NCBI GenBank assembly: GCA_050178385.1
Contig: JBFXGD010000120.1
Location: forward strand, 1 to 10,673
Reading direction: 5' to 3'
DNA: 10,673 nucleotides
Source of the DNA: Calditrichaceae bacterium
Lineage (GTDB): Bacteria > Calditrichota > Calditrichia > Calditrichales > JBFXGD01
Every line of letters starts with the position of its first letter. The stretch's first letter is position 1. Position numbers and translations under genes: made by a program. Positions 7,894-10,673 of this stretch are shown here, piece after piece. The notes beneath the pieces are model-generated. The model did no database searches. It worked only from the letters and a program-made list of their open reading frames with translations, and was not told where the DNA came from.

Positions 7894-9501
7894 CTATTTT
7901 AGAACAAGCAATTTTTTTGATTTTTTATATACTCCATTATTCCCTTTAACCATTAAACTGTAAATATACACGCCACTGGCCAATGAGCCGGAATCGATTT
8001 CAAATTCATAGCCGCCTCGCATTAAAAAACCATTATATATAGTCTTAATCTTTTTCCCTTCTATATTATAAAGATGTAAGCTTACCAAAGCATATTGATT
8101 AAGGGATAGCGGGATTTTAGTTATGTTGTTAAAAGGATTGGGATAATTCTGGTATAATTCTATATGATTTGGGATATTTGGATTAGGATTATAAACGTCC
8201 GTCAAAATCTGTTTGTATTTGATAATTGTAAGTTTGGCCCATTTTAGTCTTACGGAACTTGTGCCCACCACATAAACATTACCAAAAGGACCAACGGTCA
8301 TTCCTTTTCTTGTGGTCAGGAAGTCATCGGTGTCGCTGCCATTACTATAAATTGCTTTCCAAATTTGTTTTCCTTTGTTGTCATATTTTAAAGATAGAAT
8401 ATCCCGAAGCGTGGAGGCGTCTGAGCTAACTCCCGCTATGTAGATATTATTCTGATTATCTATATCAATCCCAAATCCTAAATCTTCTAAATAAGACGAA
8501 CCATTGTAATAACGAACCCATAACTCATTACCGCTGGAATCATACTTTATTAAAGTCAGATCTCCTCCAGTTCCTATACCCTCAGTTTGCCCGGCTACAT
8601 ATACATTTTCGGAATCATCCACGGCAACAACATGACCTCCATCCTCCCAATCTGCCGGTCCGTTGAATGTCTTAGTCCACAAGATGCGGCCGTTACTGTT
8701 AAATTTCATTGTCAATACATCACTATAATAGCTGTTTAGCGGTTTTACAGATCCTGTAGTATAGATATTGTCTGAAGCTCCTATAGCTACACTCATGGCC
8801 GATCCCCATGTACTGTCCTCATCTGTAAATTTTTTATACCATTGAAAGTTACCAATCGAATCGATTTTTATCAGGCCAGATGTAATAATAAAAACATTGC
8901 ATGATTTATCGAGAACGATTCCGTTTGGACTGGCATTTCCTCCCGAGTTATATATGCAGGTCCAAAGAATTTCTCCGTCCGGGGAATATTTAATAGTAAT
9001 AATGTTTTTATCACCATATCCCGATACATAAATATTATTCATTGCATCGGTAATTATTTGTGGATTAGAAATCCATGATCCCAGCGACGGGAATTTTCTA
9101 TTCCAAGCTTCGCTACCATCTGGACTCAACTTTATAGTACAAAATTCATAGTTAAATTCCGGGAATTCTGTAATGCCAGTTATTATAACTTTATCACTAT
9201 CATCAATTGCCATTCCTGTGGGCATATCAGTATTCGTGCTATCGTATCTGAACAGCCAAAGCAACTCCCCATCCGAGGAATACTTGGCAAGCTGATAGTC
9301 TTGTCTCGTTTCCAGGGAATAACTCTCATTTAAAACATAGACATTTCCAGAATTATCAGCTTTAATAAAACTTGGACCATCTTCGACTGAATCCGGGCCG
9401 GGTAAATGTCTTACCCATTCCTGCTGCACCCAGGTATCTTGTGCATAAATGAATTGTATTAAGATAGAAAGACAGATATTTATTAGAATTTGTTTTTTCA
9501 T
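7894..9501 (-). CDS. SBBP-repeat beta-propeller protein with a T9SS type A (Por secretion) C-terminal sorting domain
   Basis: 535 aa. Signal peptide MKKQILINICLSILIQFIYA|Q and eight repeats of the form D..GN(V/I)Y(V/I).G...(L/I)KY...G...W. C-terminal LYQNYPNPFNN...LYNIEGKKI...LASGVYIYSL...KKLLVLK. Confidence 0.92.
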   Translation of the reverse strand: MKKQILINICLSILIQFIYAQDTWVQQEWVRHLPGPDSVEDGPSFIKADNSGNVYVLNESYSLETRQDYQLAKYSSDGELLWLFRYDSTNTDMPTGMAIDDSDKVIITGITEFPEFNYEFCTIKLSPDGSEAWNRKFPSLGSWISNPQIITDAMNNIYVSGYGDKNIITIKYSPDGEILWTCIYNSGGNASPNGIVLDKSCNVFIITSGLIKIDSIGNFQWYKKFTDEDSTWGSAMSVAIGASDNIYTTGSVKPLNSYYSDVLTMKFNSNGRILWTKTFNGPADWEDGGHVVAVDDSENVYVAGQTEGIGTGGDLTLIKYDSSGNELWVRYYNGSSYLEDLGFGIDIDNQNNIYIAGVSSDASTLRDILSLKYDNKGKQIWKAIYSNGSDTDDFLTTRKGMTVGPFGNVYVVGTSSVRLKWAKLTIIKYKQILTDVYNPNPNIPNHIELYQNYPNPFNNITKIPLSLNQYALVSLHLYNIEGKKIKTIYNGFLMRGGYEFEIDSGSLASGVYIYSLMVKGNNGVYKKSKKLLVLK

Positions 9502-9648
9502 AACTTTACAAATAATAATATATCATTACTTATGAAAGATGAAAAAGAAAAATTAACCCGATGTACTTAAATAGTATAGAATCTTAAATTATAGAAGTAA
9601 AGAGGAAAAATGTATACAGTTAATTAGAACTATTTATTAGGTAATCAA

Positions 9649-9921
9649 AGGACCCGTGAAGAGCTTATCCGTAAATTAAATCTGATATTAAAATCACCTT
9701 TTTCGATCATCGATCAGCTGGCGGGCTTTCACCCAGTTGTGATCGACCGCAGACCGGTTATTGGTCTTCATCCACAATTCCCGTCTTTGGGCATTTTTAA
9801 TGGTCTGGGGACAAAGGGGGTCTCCCTCGCGCCTTATTTTGCAGCTGATTTTACAAACAATCTTTTACACGGAACTCCCTTAAATCCGGAAGCGGATATT
9901 AACCGTTTTTCATTTGATTAA
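9649..9921 (+). pseudogene. C-terminal remnant of an FAD-dependent oxidoreductase (DAO/glycine oxidase family)
   Basis: The frame extends upstream of the listed 60-aa ORF: RTREELIRKLNLILKSPFSIIDQLAGFHPVVIDRRPVIGLHPQFPSLGIFNGLGTKGVSLAPYFA...PLNPEADINRF. This matches the DAO-family C-terminus (GxRP..D.RP.IG...NG.G..G...AP). There is an in-frame TAG at 9625-9627 and no N-terminal GxGxxG Rossmann domain upstream. The 5' boundary is approximate. Confidence 0.85.
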
Positions 9922-10089
9922 AAATCATCAACACCATCATAAAACCATTCATCTGCAAATAAATTGCGTAAAATTTATTGGACTTAACATAAGAATTATT
10001 ATATTTTTCTCTGATCCTTATGGAAATATTCGGAAAATATTCTTTATATTATTACTTGTTTATAATTAACACAGAACAGGCAAATTAGA

Positions 10090-10673
10090 ATGTCAGAACT
10101 AATCTACACCGAAGAAAGTATCCGCTCCTTAGACTGGCGTGAACATATCCGCATGCGGCCGGGAATGTATATCGGCAAACTCGGAGATGGTTCATCTCTC
10201 GACGACGGGATCTATATTCTTGTAAAAGAGACCATTGATAATTCCATAGATGAACATATGATGGGCTTTGGTAAAACAATTGATGTCAAAATCAGCGAAC
10301 ACCGTGTTGTGGTACGTGATTATGGCCGGGGAATTCCGCTTGGCAAAGTCTATGATTGTGTCGCCAAGATCAACACCGGCGGAAAATACGATACAAAAGC
10401 TTTCCAGAAGTCAGTTGGTTTGAACGGCGTTGGAACCAAGGCGGTTAACGCCCTTTCCCGCTATTTTCGTGTTCAGTCCGCCCGGGACGGTCAAACAAAA
10501 ATCCAGGAATTTGAACGGGGCGAGCTAACTAAAGACTTCCCGATTGAATCCACAAGTCAGCGAAACGGCACATCCATTATTTTTGAACCCGACGACAATA
10601 TTTTCAAGAATTATCGCTTTATCCCGGATTATCTTGAGAATCTGATGTGGAACTATGTGTATCTTAATGCCGG
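10090..10673 (+). CDS. parE: DNA topoisomerase IV subunit B (Bacteroidota/spirochaete-type), 5' part; runs off the right edge
   Basis: Missing from the ORF track; translated by hand: [62 protein letters not shown]...[11 protein letters not shown]...[29 protein letters not shown]...NYVYLNA. It has GHKL ATPase motifs. The KLGDGS..DDGIY and GLNGVG forms are typical of this ParE clade rather than GyrB (GLHGVG). Confidence 0.92.
   Translation, partial: MSELIYTEESIRSLDWREHIRMRPGMYIGKLGDGSSLDDGIYILVKETIDNSIDEHMMGFGKTIDVKISEHRVVVRDYGRGIPLGKVYDCVAKINTGGKYDTKAFQKSVGLNGVGTKAVNALSRYFRVQSARDGQTKIQEFERGELTKDFPIESTSQRNGTSIIFEPDDNIFKNYRFIPDYLENLMWNYVYLNA

Noticed and set aside
9610..9921. Stop-codon readthrough (e.g. 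pyrrolysine) from ATG 9610 through TAG 9625 into the oxidoreductase fragment
   Set aside because: The product would still lack the FAD-binding domain, TAG serves as a normal stop for the helicase and propeller genes, and no recoding machinery is visible.
10085..10279. 64-aa minus-strand ORF
   Set aside because: It is an antisense shadow of parE.

Overview
Mostly a core-chromosome segment from an FCB-superphylum-type bacterium. A T9SS-type C-terminal domain, a Bacteroidota-type parE and clear Shine-Dalgarno sites suggest Calditrichota, KSB1 or Ignavibacteria rather than Bacteroidia (inference). Minus strand, 1-6231: a 5' partial multi-PAS sensor protein, an 801-aa fusion of a PD-(D/E)XK nuclease and an Fe-S DinG/XPD helicase, a divergent orphan TorD/DmsD/NarJ-like chaperone and a secreted S9 peptidase. 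Plus strand: yggS, an MmcQ/YjbR gene, a 5'-truncated FAD-oxidoreductase remnant and the start of parE. Between mmcQ and the remnant lies an AT-rich, oppositely oriented islet of about 2 kb. It carries an 8-repeat beta-propeller T9SS cargo gene and, downstream of it, an unannotated decayed secreted-protein gene with a perfect RBS. I saw no RNA genes, CRISPR arrays or transposases. I cannot demonstrate a new system. The best candidates are the orphan chaperone plus nuclease-helicase pair and the gene-replacing T9SS islet.
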